Source of the DNA: Erysipelotrichaceae bacterium
GTDB taxonomy: Bacteria > Bacillota_I > Bacilli_A > Erysipelotrichales > Erysipelotrichaceae
Reading direction: 5' to 3'
NCBI GenBank assembly: GCA_963586925.1
Contig: CAVAAT010000026.1
Coordinates: 1 to 27,774, forward strand
Length of the DNA: 27,774 nt
Position numbers and translations under genes: made by a program. Shown in pieces: positions 1 to 8,491 of this stretch. The notes below the pieces were generated by a model. That model searched no databases. It was not told where the DNA came from and saw only the letters and a list, made by a program, of their open reading frames with translations. Position 1 is the first letter of the stretch. The number at the start of each line of letters is the position of its first letter.

Positions 1-88
1 TTAGATTAGTTTTATCCACATAGTAAAAATCATTCTTACGTATCTTTTCAAAGTTTTCAATACCAACTGGTAACGCTCTATTTTTCAT
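1..88 (-). CDS. 5' end (29 codons) of a gene running off the left edge; the N-terminus resembles AAA-ATPase-like / PD-(D/E)XK (DUF1703-type) proteins
   Basis: ATG at 86-88 (minus) is preceded by a GAGGGTGG SD. The translation is MKNRALPVGIENFEKIRKNDFYYVDKTNL. From memory, this resembles the conserved LPIGI..F..I....YYYVDKT N-terminus of that family. Only 29 aa are visible. Confidence 0.45.
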   Translation of the reverse strand, partial: MKNRALPVGIENFEKIRKNDFYYVDKTNL

Positions 89-181
89 GATTACACCACC
101 CTCTCGTAGATTCTGTATTTTTCTTTTACACCTTTAATTTTAATTCATATCTCATTTTCAATCAAGATTAGCAAATGTGAA

Positions 182-212
182 TCACATAAAAGGATAGCTC
201 ATCGCTATCCTT
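182..212 (-). terminator. Putative rho-independent terminator of the ABC exporter operon
   Basis: A perfect 9-bp inverted repeat, AAGGATAGC (190-198) / GCTATCCTT (204-212), has a 5-nt loop. It starts 5 nt after the permease stop (218-220). On the minus-strand RNA it is followed by UUUUAUGUGAUU. Confidence 0.45.
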
Positions 213-217
213 ATACC

Positions 218-3200
218 CTATTCTACTGATTTCAGTGATTCTACCATTTGAATTTCTTTTAATGGTTTCTTAGTCAACTGCAATACTATTATCGTGAATA
301 TAAATGTTATCGCAAAAGATAAGACATAGCTTAATGGCTTGATACTATGAGGGAACATGACCATCTCCATATTAATGATATCCATGACATAAGCTTCTTC
401 TACCTTACCTAATGGTAAACCTAGTATTCCACCAATGATAGTAAGTAAGATTATCTCTTTAAATAAGTAACTATTAACTTCTCTATTTCTAAATCCTAAT
501 ACCTTTAATGTAGCTATCTCTCTCATTCTCTCTGACAAATTGACTTGGGTTAGATTTATAAGAACTACAAAGGCAAGTGAACCAGCAGTGATGATTACTA
601 CCGCAATGATCGCATCTAATGCTTTAATCATCATATTAAACTGATCAGTGAAGGCAGTAAAGTCAGTAATAGAAGTTATATTTTCTTGATCTGCTAACTC
701 AATCGCTAACTGTTGATGACCTTCGCTATTTCTAACAGCGATCATCGTATAATGAATGTTCTCATCAAATAATTGCTGATAAAGATCTTCCGATATGAAT
801 AAGTAATGTTGGAAATACATTTTACAGATCGCTTCGATCTTAACTTCTGCTTTAATGCCATTATTACTTTCAATAGTGATAGTATCACCAACTTTCAGAT
901 CATTGTTTATCGCAAACTTTTCTGAAATGATCACTCCTTTATTGTTAAGCTTTAACTCTTCAGAAGTCTTCTTATCATAAAGATTAAATACATCATTACA
1001 CTTTCTTGGATCAATGACTTCTATATTTATAGTAGGCTCATCAGAATCAAGATATACTTTTGAACTATAACTCATGATCGGAGCTACTTGTTCATTATCA
1101 AGATCATCTTCTAATACTTCAATGATACCATCTACTGTATCATCATTCTCTAGATAAACATTGCAGTTATAATTAAAGAAATCTCCATATTGAACATTAA
1201 CGATATCGCTTATAGAATTCTTTATACCAAAGCCTAATACTAATAGACCAGTACAACCTGCAACACCTATTACTGTCATAAAGAATCTTGACTTATATCT
1301 TATCAAGTTTCTTGCGGTGATCTTACCAGTAAATGATAAGTTATTCCAAATGATGCCAATATTTTCCAAGAATATTTTCTTGGCATTCTTTGGAGCTTTA
1401 GGGCGTAATAATTGAGATGGTGCTTCTTTTAATGAATTGTTAACAACAATAGCTGTTACTAACATCATTAATATACTAAATGAGGCAACACTCACTAATA
1501 ATGGTACTATTGGGAAATACCAATGCATCTTTGGTGAATAATATAATAATTTCCAGGCCTCATAGATTACTGTAGGAAATATTGCCATACCAGCAAATAA
1601 GCCAAAGAAGGCTCCAATGATACTTGCTGAGAAAGCATATACCACATATTTAGCGATTATCTGTTTCTTAGAAAAACCTAAAGCTCTAAATACACCGATC
1701 TGACCTCTTTGCTCATCTACAAGTCTAGTCATCGTAGTCATACATACAAGAGCCGCAACTAAGAAGAATAAGAATGGTAGAGTTAAACCAATAGCTCTCA
1801 TCTGATCAACAGTACCTCTAAACATGTAACTACTATAATGTGAATCTCTATCTAAGATCGTCCAGGTAGCTGATGGTAGTTCATCTAATTCTTGTTGAGC
1901 TAACTTTAACTTATTTTCAGCTTCTTCTATCTGTTTATTAAAATCAATGACTCCTTGATTATAATCTTTTAAACCTTGCTCATATTCAGCTCTACCACTC
2001 TCTAATGTCTTCTTAGCTTCTTCTATCTGCTTCTTACCTGATTCAATCTGAGCTTTACCTGAATCTATTTGTGCTTTTGCAGAAGCTAATTGCTCTCTAG
2101 CAGTATATAGTTGAGTTAATTGTACATAGGAATCTTTAACCGAACCATTTGCTGCTTCATCCATTTGATCAAGCAAAGATTGGATGAGTTGTTGATATTG
2201 ACTATCATCCATATTCTCTAATTGACTTATCAATTGCTCATTAGCTTTGATAGCTGTGTTATTTACTTGTATCTGTAATTCTAATTTAGTTATCTCTTGT
2301 TGCAAAGCATTCTTTTGTTGTTGTAACTCTTCTAACAATTCAGGATCAGTTGTTTCTGAAATCTGTTTATCGATGTCTTCGATCTGTAAGTTTTTCTCAT
2401 CTATCTCAGCTTGATACTGAACTATCTCATTTTTTAAAGTTTCATTCTGTTGTTTTAATTTATCAATATTCTCCTGTGAAGAGTAACTATTCTTTAGCTG
2501 TTCTAACATCGTATAAGTTTGATAAGTAAGTTGCATCTGTTGATAAACTTCATCAAAGCTCTTACCTTGAGTCTGTTCAATCTCACTAATAGCGCTATTT
2601 ACCTGTTCTAATGATTCGTTGTATTGTTTCTCACTGGCTGCTAAAGTCTCTTCAGAGGTCTTTAAAGTAGCTTCATTAGTATCGATTTCCATTTCACCCA
2701 CAATTAATTTGATAAGAGCTTCATCTAATTGAGCTTTAGCTTCATCTAATTGTTGTTGGCCTTTTTCTTTTTCTTCATTTAAGGTCTTATAACCATCTTC
2801 AATCTCTTTTTGATAATCTTCAAGCAATTCAGCTTTAAGATATTCTTGTTGATCACTAGCCATGAATTGTACTTCTTCAACTTCATCATCTATCAAAGTT
2901 TGGTAATCGTCCTTAAAGCTATTAAGATCTACTGCTCCATCAACTGTACAATATACCGAAGTATAATACTTAGAGATAAAACAATCATTTCTTAAATATA
3001 AGACTCCTTCTAGATCTTTATTATCTAATAAGGAAGTAGATAAGAACTTAGACATATATTCACTACTATCAACAATTCCGACTACAGTAAACTTACTAAC
3101 AGTAACATAATCACTTATATCTTCATTATTTAGATAAACAGTGACGACATCCCCAATACTATAGCCATTTCTTTCTAAAGACAATACTTCATTATCTTTA

Positions 3201-3574
3201 GTAGGAAGTTTACCTTCCTTTAAAGTGTATTTATTAACATCACTATCTAATTCTCTTAATCTGATGACTTTCTCTGTTGATTCTTCATCATCAGTTTTAG
3301 TATAGACATCTTTAAACTTTGAGCCGTAGACATCCTTTATTCCTTCAGTTTCTTTTATTGCTTTGATATCTTCATCACAAAACCCATATGATGAATAGAT
3401 CTGGATATCATGTAAATTAGTATCATCATAATATAGCTCAACACTTTCTCTAAGTATTGGACTACTAGAAAATAGTCCCATCATGAAAGCTACACCGATA
3501 AATACAATGCTGACTAAAGTTAAGAAACGTTTGAAACTCTTTTTGATCAATCTGATCGTATCTTTTCTAAACAT
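218..3574 (-). CDS. ABC transporter permease, MacB/FtsX family, with two FtsX-type 4-TM modules and a ~330-aa coiled-coil insertion in the first extracytoplasmic domain
   Basis: 1118-aa ORF. There is an N-terminal TM helix (LTLVSIVFIGVAFMMGLF), then a large ectodomain with a Q/E/K-rich heptad-like stretch (e.g. AKAQIDSGKAQIESGKKQIEEAKK). TM clusters follow around LPFLFFLVAALVCMTTM and again near the C-terminus (IIAVVIITAGSLAFVVLINL ... ILLTIIGGILGLPLG). The start ATG overlaps the upstream ATPase stop (TAATG at 3572-3576). Confidence 0.85.
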   Translation of the reverse strand: MFRKDTIRLIKKSFKRFLTLVSIVFIGVAFMMGLFSSSPILRESVELYYDDTNLHDIQIYSSYGFCDEDIKAIKETEGIKDVYGSKFKDVYTKTDDEESTEKVIRLRELDSDVNKYTLKEGKLPTKDNEVLSLERNGYSIGDVVTVYLNNEDISDYVTVSKFTVVGIVDSSEYMSKFLSTSLLDNKDLEGVLYLRNDCFISKYYTSVYCTVDGAVDLNSFKDDYQTLIDDEVEEVQFMASDQQEYLKAELLEDYQKEIEDGYKTLNEEKEKGQQQLDEAKAQLDEALIKLIVGEMEIDTNEATLKTSEETLAASEKQYNESLEQVNSAISEIEQTQGKSFDEVYQQMQLTYQTYTMLEQLKNSYSSQENIDKLKQQNETLKNEIVQYQAEIDEKNLQIEDIDKQISETTDPELLEELQQQKNALQQEITKLELQIQVNNTAIKANEQLISQLENMDDSQYQQLIQSLLDQMDEAANGSVKDSYVQLTQLYTAREQLASAKAQIDSGKAQIESGKKQIEEAKKTLESGRAEYEQGLKDYNQGVIDFNKQIEEAENKLKLAQQELDELPSATWTILDRDSHYSSYMFRGTVDQMRAIGLTLPFLFFLVAALVCMTTMTRLVDEQRGQIGVFRALGFSKKQIIAKYVVYAFSASIIGAFFGLFAGMAIFPTVIYEAWKLLYYSPKMHWYFPIVPLLVSVASFSILMMLVTAIVVNNSLKEAPSQLLRPKAPKNAKKIFLENIGIIWNNLSFTGKITARNLIRYKSRFFMTVIGVAGCTGLLVLGFGIKNSISDIVNVQYGDFFNYNCNVYLENDDTVDGIIEVLEDDLDNEQVAPIMSYSSKVYLDSDEPTINIEVIDPRKCNDVFNLYDKKTSEELKLNNKGVIISEKFAINNDLKVGDTITIESNNGIKAEVKIEAICKMYFQHYLFISEDLYQQLFDENIHYTMIAVRNSEGHQQLAIELADQENITSITDFTAFTDQFNMMIKALDAIIAVVIITAGSLAFVVLINLTQVNLSERMREIATLKVLGFRNREVNSYLFKEIILLTIIGGILGLPLGKVEEAYVMDIINMEMVMFPHSIKPLSYVLSFAITFIFTIIVLQLTKKPLKEIQMVESLKSVE

Positions 3575-4275
3575 TAGTACTCAATGTCCTCAACATTCAC
3601 TGGGTTTTCATTTAGAGTAATAGATCTGATCTCTCCACTTTTGACTTTGATGACCTTTTGAGCCATAGCAGCTAAAGCGCTATTGTGAGTGATCATGACT
3701 ACTGTAATACCTCTTTGATAACACATATCTTGTAAGACTTTTAAGACATGTTTACCAGTGACATAATCCAAAGCGCCCGTAGGCTCATCGCATAATAATA
3801 ACTTAGGATTTTTAGCAACTGCTCTAGCGATCGCTACCCTTTGTTGTTCTCCACCAGATAATTGCGAAGGGAAGTTATCTTTCCTATCTTGTAATTCTAC
3901 TAACTTTAACGTTTCATTAACATCTAATGGATCTTTGCATAATTGAGCAGCTAACTCAACATTTTCTTTGGCAGTTAAGTTTTGCACTAAGTTATAAAAT
4001 TGGAAGACAAATCCAATATCATAACGCCTATAATCACATAATTGTGCATCATTGTAATCCGAGATGATCTCATTATCTACAATGATCTTACCACTAGTAG
4101 CACTATCCATACCTCCTAAGATATTTAAAATAGTTGACTTACCGGCACCAGAAGCACCTAATACACAAACAAACTCCCCCTTTTCAATCTGAAAAGAAAC
4201 ATTGTTAAGAGCATGTATTTGTACTTCGCCCATTTGATAAACTTTTGAGACATTGTCAAATTCGATATAACTCAT
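3574..4275 (-). CDS. ABC transporter ATP-binding protein (MacB/LolD-like ATPase)
   Basis: Walker [11 protein letters not shown]-loop, ABC signature [14 protein letters not shown], Walker [13 protein letters not shown] and H-loop ITHN are all present. A GGTGA SD lies upstream. Confidence 0.95.
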   Translation of the reverse strand: MSYIEFDNVSKVYQMGEVQIHALNNVSFQIEKGEFVCVLGASGAGKSTILNILGGMDSATSGKIIVDNEIISDYNDAQLCDYRRYDIGFVFQFYNLVQNLTAKENVELAAQLCKDPLDVNETLKLVELQDRKDNFPSQLSGGEQQRVAIARAVAKNPKLLLCDEPTGALDYVTGKHVLKVLQDMCYQRGITVVMITHNSALAAMAQKVIKVKSGEIRSITLNENPVNVEDIEY

Positions 4276-4277
4276 TT

Positions 4278-4904
4278 TTAATCACCAATATACTTTCTAC
4301 TATCTACTTGCAACATATAAACAAAACCTTGCAGATAGATCTTGACTAGATCTTTGAGACTATTGATATCGACATCATTGATCCAGAACAGTTCCTTTAA
4401 ACCACTTATCATTGAGACACAATAACTTCTAGCCAACACAGCGATCTGATCAGGATCCTTATCAGCATGAGTAGAAGTGATCAAGAAATTAATAAGATTA
4501 GTAAACCACTTCATCAGACTATTGTTTAATTCAGAGCCCATCATTAAGATATTAAACTCTTCCTTATAAGACATATATATATCAACAATGCTGTCTGCTA
4601 ACTCATTGACCACATTCTTTAATACCTCATTGCTTTCTGGAAAAGAGAAATTCTCGTTAAAAAAAGCGATCTTATCACCAGTTAGATTTTTGACCATTGA
4701 ATCAATAGCATTGACTACTCCATTAACGATCTGATAATTTAAATCTTCCTTGCTCTTAAAATACCGATAAAGATTACCAACTGTCATATTACTCTTAATA
4801 GCAATACGACGCATATTCGCATCATCATAACCATAATGCAGAAATTCATCCTTAGCAGCTTCAATGATCTTCTTTCTCGTTTCTTCCTTCAAAACCTGTG
4901 CCAT
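4278..4904 (-). CDS. TetR/AcrR family transcriptional regulator
   Basis: The N-terminal HTH has the typical TetR pattern (ANMRRIAIKSNMTVGNLYRYFKSKEDL). It is the first gene of the operon with the ABC ATPase and permease, with a 2-nt gap to the ATPase gene. Confidence 0.85.
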   Translation of the reverse strand: MAQVLKEETRKKIIEAAKDEFLHYGYDDANMRRIAIKSNMTVGNLYRYFKSKEDLNYQIVNGVVNAIDSMVKNLTGDKIAFFNENFSFPESNEVLKNVVNELADSIVDIYMSYKEEFNILMMGSELNNSLMKWFTNLINFLITSTHADKDPDQIAVLARSYCVSMISGLKELFWINDVDINSLKDLVKIYLQGFVYMLQVDSRKYIGD

Positions 4905-4930
4905 ACAATAATAAACCTCTGTTCATTATT

Positions 4931-4969
4931 ATTTTAGCAGAGAAAAAGAAAAAGTAAACAATTGTTCAC
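4931..4969 (-). promoter_or_regulatory. Putative promoter (extended -10 TGCTAAAAT) and near-palindromic operator upstream of the TetR gene
   Basis: The minus strand reads GTGAACAATTGTTTAC (4954-4969). This is a 16-bp palindrome with one mismatched pair and a perfect AACAATTGTT core. About 15 nt downstream lies TGCTAAAAT (4931-4939). The position is appropriate for TetR autoregulation. Confidence 0.35.
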
Positions 4970-5001
4970 TATTATTTAATGTGATTTTGCCCATAATTAA
5001 A

Positions 5002-5021
5002 GGCTATGTATACACATAGCC
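5002..5021 (-). terminator. Putative rho-independent terminator downstream of the decayed LRR/HExxH gene
   Basis: GGCTATGT (5002-5009) and ACATAGCC (5014-5021) form an 8-bp stem with a 4-nt loop, 8 nt after the stop at 5030-5032. On the minus-strand RNA it is followed by UUUAAUUAU. Confidence 0.4.
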
Positions 5022-5029
5022 CAAATAAC

Positions 5030-6269
5030 CTATTTTCCAGCAAATATCATCAACAAGTCATAAGCAGTCTTATAACTCTTACAAGAAACTTCAATCAATA
5101 GATTGACTAGCTCCTTTTCTTCAGCAGTAGGATACTTTTCTTTTTCAGCTCTATTTGTTAATACGATTTCAGCTCTATTTGCTAATACGGTTTCACCAGC
5201 ATAAGGCCAACCTGGGAACACGCCACATCCACTATGTTTTTTGATCCACTTGCCTATATTATAAATACCACTATTTGGAGTCTTAGTATGACACAATTGA
5301 ATAGTTTCAGCAATAGTTTCATTAACTACTCTAATTTCAAAATTACTAGCACCTTTAAAGTTTTCTCTCCTACTGCATGCCTATGAAGATAATGAGTGTA
5401 TTCATGAACAAGAACAGATTTGCTAAGCTCGATGAATAACCGCTGATACATATTTAAATACTGGTCATAAATACTTCCATTTTTATTCATTTCTTCTATT
5501 GTCTTAGCATTAAAGATATTATCTAAACATAAGAATATCTCATCAAGACCATGATCATATACACCCAAGCAATCAACAATGCTCACTGGAATACAACTAA
5601 TATCATCAATGACTTCTTTTACATCATTTAACAGATCTGTATCGATGGATTTATCTTTATTTAAAGATAAATCAAGTAAACTACTATATTGTTCAAAAAG
5701 TTTTTGATGTAGAGTTTTATAATCAACATCATTTGAATCATCACTTAATGCATCCATGACATTATTTAATACCTCTTTCAACTTGGAATATTTTTCATTA
5801 TCCTTTTCATCAATCCTCTTTACAATATCTTTAGTTTTTTCAACTATCTCATTTCTCTCTATACTTGTATCAATATACTGATCATACTTCTTCATATCCT
5901 TATGAGATAAAAAGCCTAGTTTACACAAAGAGTTATTACCTTTAAAGCTAGAAAACAACCTATTAAACCTATGATCAAATACAAATCCTGTATAAAATTT
6001 ACTTAGTTCATTTTCAATATAATCTTTGTAGATCGGTGTATCAAATACTTTCTTACTAGATCTATCATAATCGATAAATGAATGATCAATGACTTCAATC
6101 TCTTCTTTTAAGCGTCTTTCCTTTAAAGCAAAGTACTTTAAACTAACAGCAAGAAGTTTATCATCTGTAACACATTTAGGCAATAAACCTTTATTGAATT
6201 CTATATTTCTGCATCCGTAAAAAGCTTTTGGAGAAATGTCAGTCTCTTTATTTTTAACTGTCACACGCG
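5030..6269 (-). pseudogene. Decayed paralog of the 25217-26725 gene (BspA-type LRR + HExxH metallopeptidase-like protein); frameshifted and separated from its 5' end by the IS
   Basis: ORFs 5326-6318 and 5030-5296 together align with the 502-aa protein. Shared motifs are ISPKAFYGC (9/9), SVLVHEYTHYL vs SVLVHEYVHCL, ETIAE, FPGWPYAG vs FPRWPYAG, and the C-terminal tail KSYKTAYDLL vs KSMKEAYDLL. The reading frame switches within about 5362-5370 (GGAGAGAAAAC on the minus strand), consistent with a 1-nt deletion or 2-nt insertion. Confidence 0.7.
5144..5191 (-). repeat. 24-bp tandem duplication (2 copies, 22/24 identical) inside the pseudogene's C-terminal region
   Basis: TTCAGCTCTATTTGTTAATACGAT (5144-5167) is followed by TTCAGCTCTATTTGCTAATACGGT (5168-5191). 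The duplication encodes the repeated peptide VLANRAEI / VLTNRAEK, which is absent from the intact paralog. Confidence 0.85.
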
Positions 6270-6400
6270 TCTTTGACACCCCAAAAATAGAAAAAATCAT
6301 AAAAGTCTCTAGAATCACTTAAAAATGGCCGTAAAAATTAAATTACGCTTTTTATTTGTCAAATTTTATGTATTTATATGTAGTAATTTGTAGCAATTCG

Positions 6401-6409
6401 TGATATAAT
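6401..6409 (+). promoter_or_regulatory. Extended -10 promoter element (TGATATAAT) for the transposase gene
   Basis: TGATATAAT lies at 6401-6409, about 20 nt upstream of the transposase ATG and just upstream of the GAGGGGGG SD (6418-6425). Confidence 0.4.
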
Positions 6410-6430
6410 GGTTGCGTGAGGGGGGATACC

Positions 6431-8170
6431 ATGCGTTTGACCATTACTAATACTAAGTCATCTAAACTTCTGTACCTAACCAAAAGCGTTCGTAAGAATA
6501 ATAAAGTCACCAGTGAAACTGTTGAAAAGTTAGGTAAGATGGAGGATTTAATGAAGTCTCAAGGTTTTTCTACTGAAGATGAAGTCATTGAATGGGCTAA
6601 GAAACTCGCTAAAGAAAAAACTGAGAAAATTCTATCAGATACTTCTACCTCCATTATCCTTAATCAAGATGTTCAAATTGAATTGGATAAAAGAAGAAAT
6701 TTCCAGGCAGGTTATTTGTTTTTACAAGATATCCTTTATGAGATGAAATTTAAAAATATCCTTAGAAATATTAAAAGTCGCCATAATTATAAGTACAACA
6801 TGGAATCCATATTCTCTGATCTTATATTCGCAAGAATACTTGATCCTTGTAGTAAGAGAGCTACTTTTGAAAATTGTAAAGACTTCTTAGAGCCTCCTAA
6901 GTATGAATTACATGATGTATACAGAGCTTTGAATGTTTTGGCTGAAGAAGATGATTATATTCAAGCAGAACTATTTAAAAACTCAAATTTCGTTATACAA
7001 AGAAATAAGAAGATTCTTTATTATGACTGCACTAACTATTTCTTTGAGATAACGGAAGAAGATGAACTTAGAAAATTTGGTAAAGAAAAGAATAATCGTC
7101 CTGATCCAATAGTTCAAATGGGTTTGTTTATGGATGGTGATGGAATACCTTTAGCTTACAATGTCTTTCCTGGTAATCAGAACGAACAAAAGAGCATGAC
7201 TCCTACTGAAAGTAAGATCATCAATGAGTTTGGATTGGAGAAGTTCATTATCTGTACTGATGCTGGCTTATCATCAGAGAATAATAAGAGATTTAACCAT
7301 GTCGATGGCAGAGGCTTTATCATCACTCAGTCACTCAAGTCGTTAAAAGAAGAAACTAAAGCTTGGGCTTTATCACCATATGATTTCAAGAGAGTTGGAG
7401 ATGATAAAGAGATAAATGATATCAACAACTTAGAAGAGGAAGATCCCAACTATATGACTCATCTTTACTATAAAGAAGCTCCCTATGATTTAAAAACTGT
7501 TGAGCAGAATCTTATTGTTACTTATTCTCCTAAGTATGCTCTATACAAAAAGAATAAGAGAGAAAGGCAAATTGAAGCAATCACTAAGAAAGTAGAAAAT
7601 GGAACCATAAAAAACAATAAGAAGAATAAGAATGATCCTGCTAGATTTGTCAGTAAGAATATCATTGATAAAACTACTGGTGAAGTACAAGAAGAAGTTG
7701 GAGATGAATACTATGTAGATGAAAGTAAAATAGCTGAAGAAGCTAAGTATGATGGATTCTATGCAGTTACTACTGACTTATTTAATGATAAGGTTGAAGA
7801 TATACTTACTATTTCAGAAAGAAGATGGGAAATAGAAGAATCTTTTAGAATAATGAAGACAGACTTTGAAGCTAGACCTGTTTACTTACAAAGAGAAGAT
7901 AGGATCAAGGCACATTTTCTCATCTGCTTTGTGGCTCTAATGGTATATAGAGTTCTTGAGAAGAAGTTAGACTATGAATACACAACTGATCAGATTATCT
8001 CTACCTTAAGAGACTACAAACTATTAAAGATATCGGGAGATGGATATGTTCCTACATATATGAGAACAGTGCTAACCGATAAGCTACATGAGGTGTTTGG
8101 ATTCCGTACAGACTACCAGATCAACACTACAGATAAGATCAGAAGTATAATAAAAAATACAAAATTATAA
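6431..8170 (+). CDS. DDE transposase, IS4 superfamily (IS1634-family-like)
   Basis: The ORF track starts at GTG 6416. ATG 6431 is preferred because it lies 5 nt after the GAGGGGGG SD. Candidate DDE residues sit in YYDCTNYFFE, ICTDAGLSS and the R-x3-E-x6-K signature RWEIEESFRIMK. The N-terminus MRLTITNTKSSKLLYLTKS resembles IS1634-type transposases from memory. Confidence 0.85.
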   Translation: MRLTITNTKSSKLLYLTKSVRKNNKVTSETVEKLGKMEDLMKSQGFSTEDEVIEWAKKLAKEKTEKILSDTSTSIILNQDVQIELDKRRNFQAGYLFLQDILYEMKFKNILRNIKSRHNYKYNMESIFSDLIFARILDPCSKRATFENCKDFLEPPKYELHDVYRALNVLAEEDDYIQAELFKNSNFVIQRNKKILYYDCTNYFFEITEEDELRKFGKEKNNRPDPIVQMGLFMDGDGIPLAYNVFPGNQNEQKSMTPTESKIINEFGLEKFIICTDAGLSSENNKRFNHVDGRGFIITQSLKSLKEETKAWALSPYDFKRVGDDKEINDINNLEEEDPNYMTHLYYKEAPYDLKTVEQNLIVTYSPKYALYKKNKRERQIEAITKKVENGTIKNNKKNKNDPARFVSKNIIDKTTGEVQEEVGDEYYVDESKIAEEAKYDGFYAVTTDLFNDKVEDILTISERRWEIEESFRIMKTDFEARPVYLQREDRIKAHFLICFVALMVYRVLEKKLDYEYTTDQIISTLRDYKLLKISGDGYVPTYMRTVLTDKLHEVFGFRTDYQINTTDKIRSIIKNTKL

Positions 8171-8203
8171 ATAAATTACTACACAAATGTACAAAACGAA
8201 AAA

Positions 8204-8247
8204 AGGCAAAATTGCATACCCCGGGGGGTGAAATTTCGCCTTTTTTT
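8204..8247 (+). terminator. Hairpin plus T7 tract downstream of the transposase stop (putative terminator inside the IS right arm)
   Basis: AGGCAAAATT ... AAATTTCGCCT forms an imperfect stem enclosing a CCCCGGGGGG core. TTTTTTT follows at 8241-8247. Confidence 0.4.
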
Positions 8248-8267
8248 ACCTTTCAAACTGTCAAAGA

Positions 8268-8412
8268 TAAGAATTTCAAGAACTATTTTATGTTTTTTAG
8301 ATTTAGCATAGGAAGTATAATCAATGATATTAAGATTAACATTTAGCATCAATTTCTCGCAATCACACTTTCGATTAACATCATCTCTGATCTCGCATAT
8401 TTTCTTTTTCAT
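8268..8412 (-). pseudogene. 5' fragment of the IS-disrupted LRR/HExxH paralog
   Basis: ORF 8179-8412 reads MKKKICEIRDDVNRKCDCEKLMLNVNLNIIDYTSYAKSKKHKIVLEIL and then runs into IS-derived sequence, stopping at 8179. NIIDYTSYA resembles the LRR unit KIEDYAFCY of the intact paralog. No SD precedes ATG 8412, so the original start is uncertain. Confidence 0.45.
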
Positions 8413-8491
8413 CCAAAAGATTATTTATAAATATTTTCAAGAAAAATGTGCATTAGTTAAACAATGACCTTTAGTTTTAAACTTTATTTCA

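Larger units (their letters stand above)
6270..8267 (+). mobile_element. Insertion sequence, IS4 superfamily (IS1634-like), inserted into the LRR/HExxH paralog; exact ends uncertain
   Basis: It carries a single DDE transposase ORF. The outer candidate ends are a 9-bp perfect inverted pair, TCTTTGACA (6270-6278) / TGTCAAAGA (8259-8267). Removing 6270-8267 rejoins the two halves of the disrupted host ORF in frame. The inner candidate is an imperfect 26-bp inverted repeat (6364-6389 / 8173-8198) with an 11-bp perfect core, TGTAGTAATTT (6379-6389) / AAATTACTACA (8173-8183). No convincing target-site duplication was found. Confidence 0.65.

Noticed and set aside
1900-2900. Coiled-coil region of the ABC permease as an SMC/Rad50-like or phage-tail-like defence component
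   Set aside because: It is embedded between FtsX-type TM modules of a canonical MacB-like permease, in an operon with its ATPase and TetR regulator. Nothing links it functionally to the neighbouring island.
5002-5021. GTATAC-containing palindrome at 5002-5021 as a recombinase site related to 27020-27045
   Set aside because: The flanking arms share no similarity with sites A and B. Its position directly after a stop codon, with a U-rich trailer, fits a transcription terminator better.
6256-8263. 8-bp direct repeat AACTGTCA (6256-6263 / 8256-8263) as the target-site duplication of the IS
   Set aside because: Removing the IS plus one repeat copy joins the two host ORF halves out of frame and immediately creates a TAA. 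The repeat also overlaps the 9-bp inverted pair. It is kept only as an alternative in the IS finding.
8448-8455. GTGCATTA 8-mer between the TIR gene and the pseudogene as a third recombinase site marking the other end of a cassette
   Set aside because: Only the 8-mer matches site A. The GTATAC core and the CACC arm are absent, which is consistent with a chance match in AT-rich DNA.
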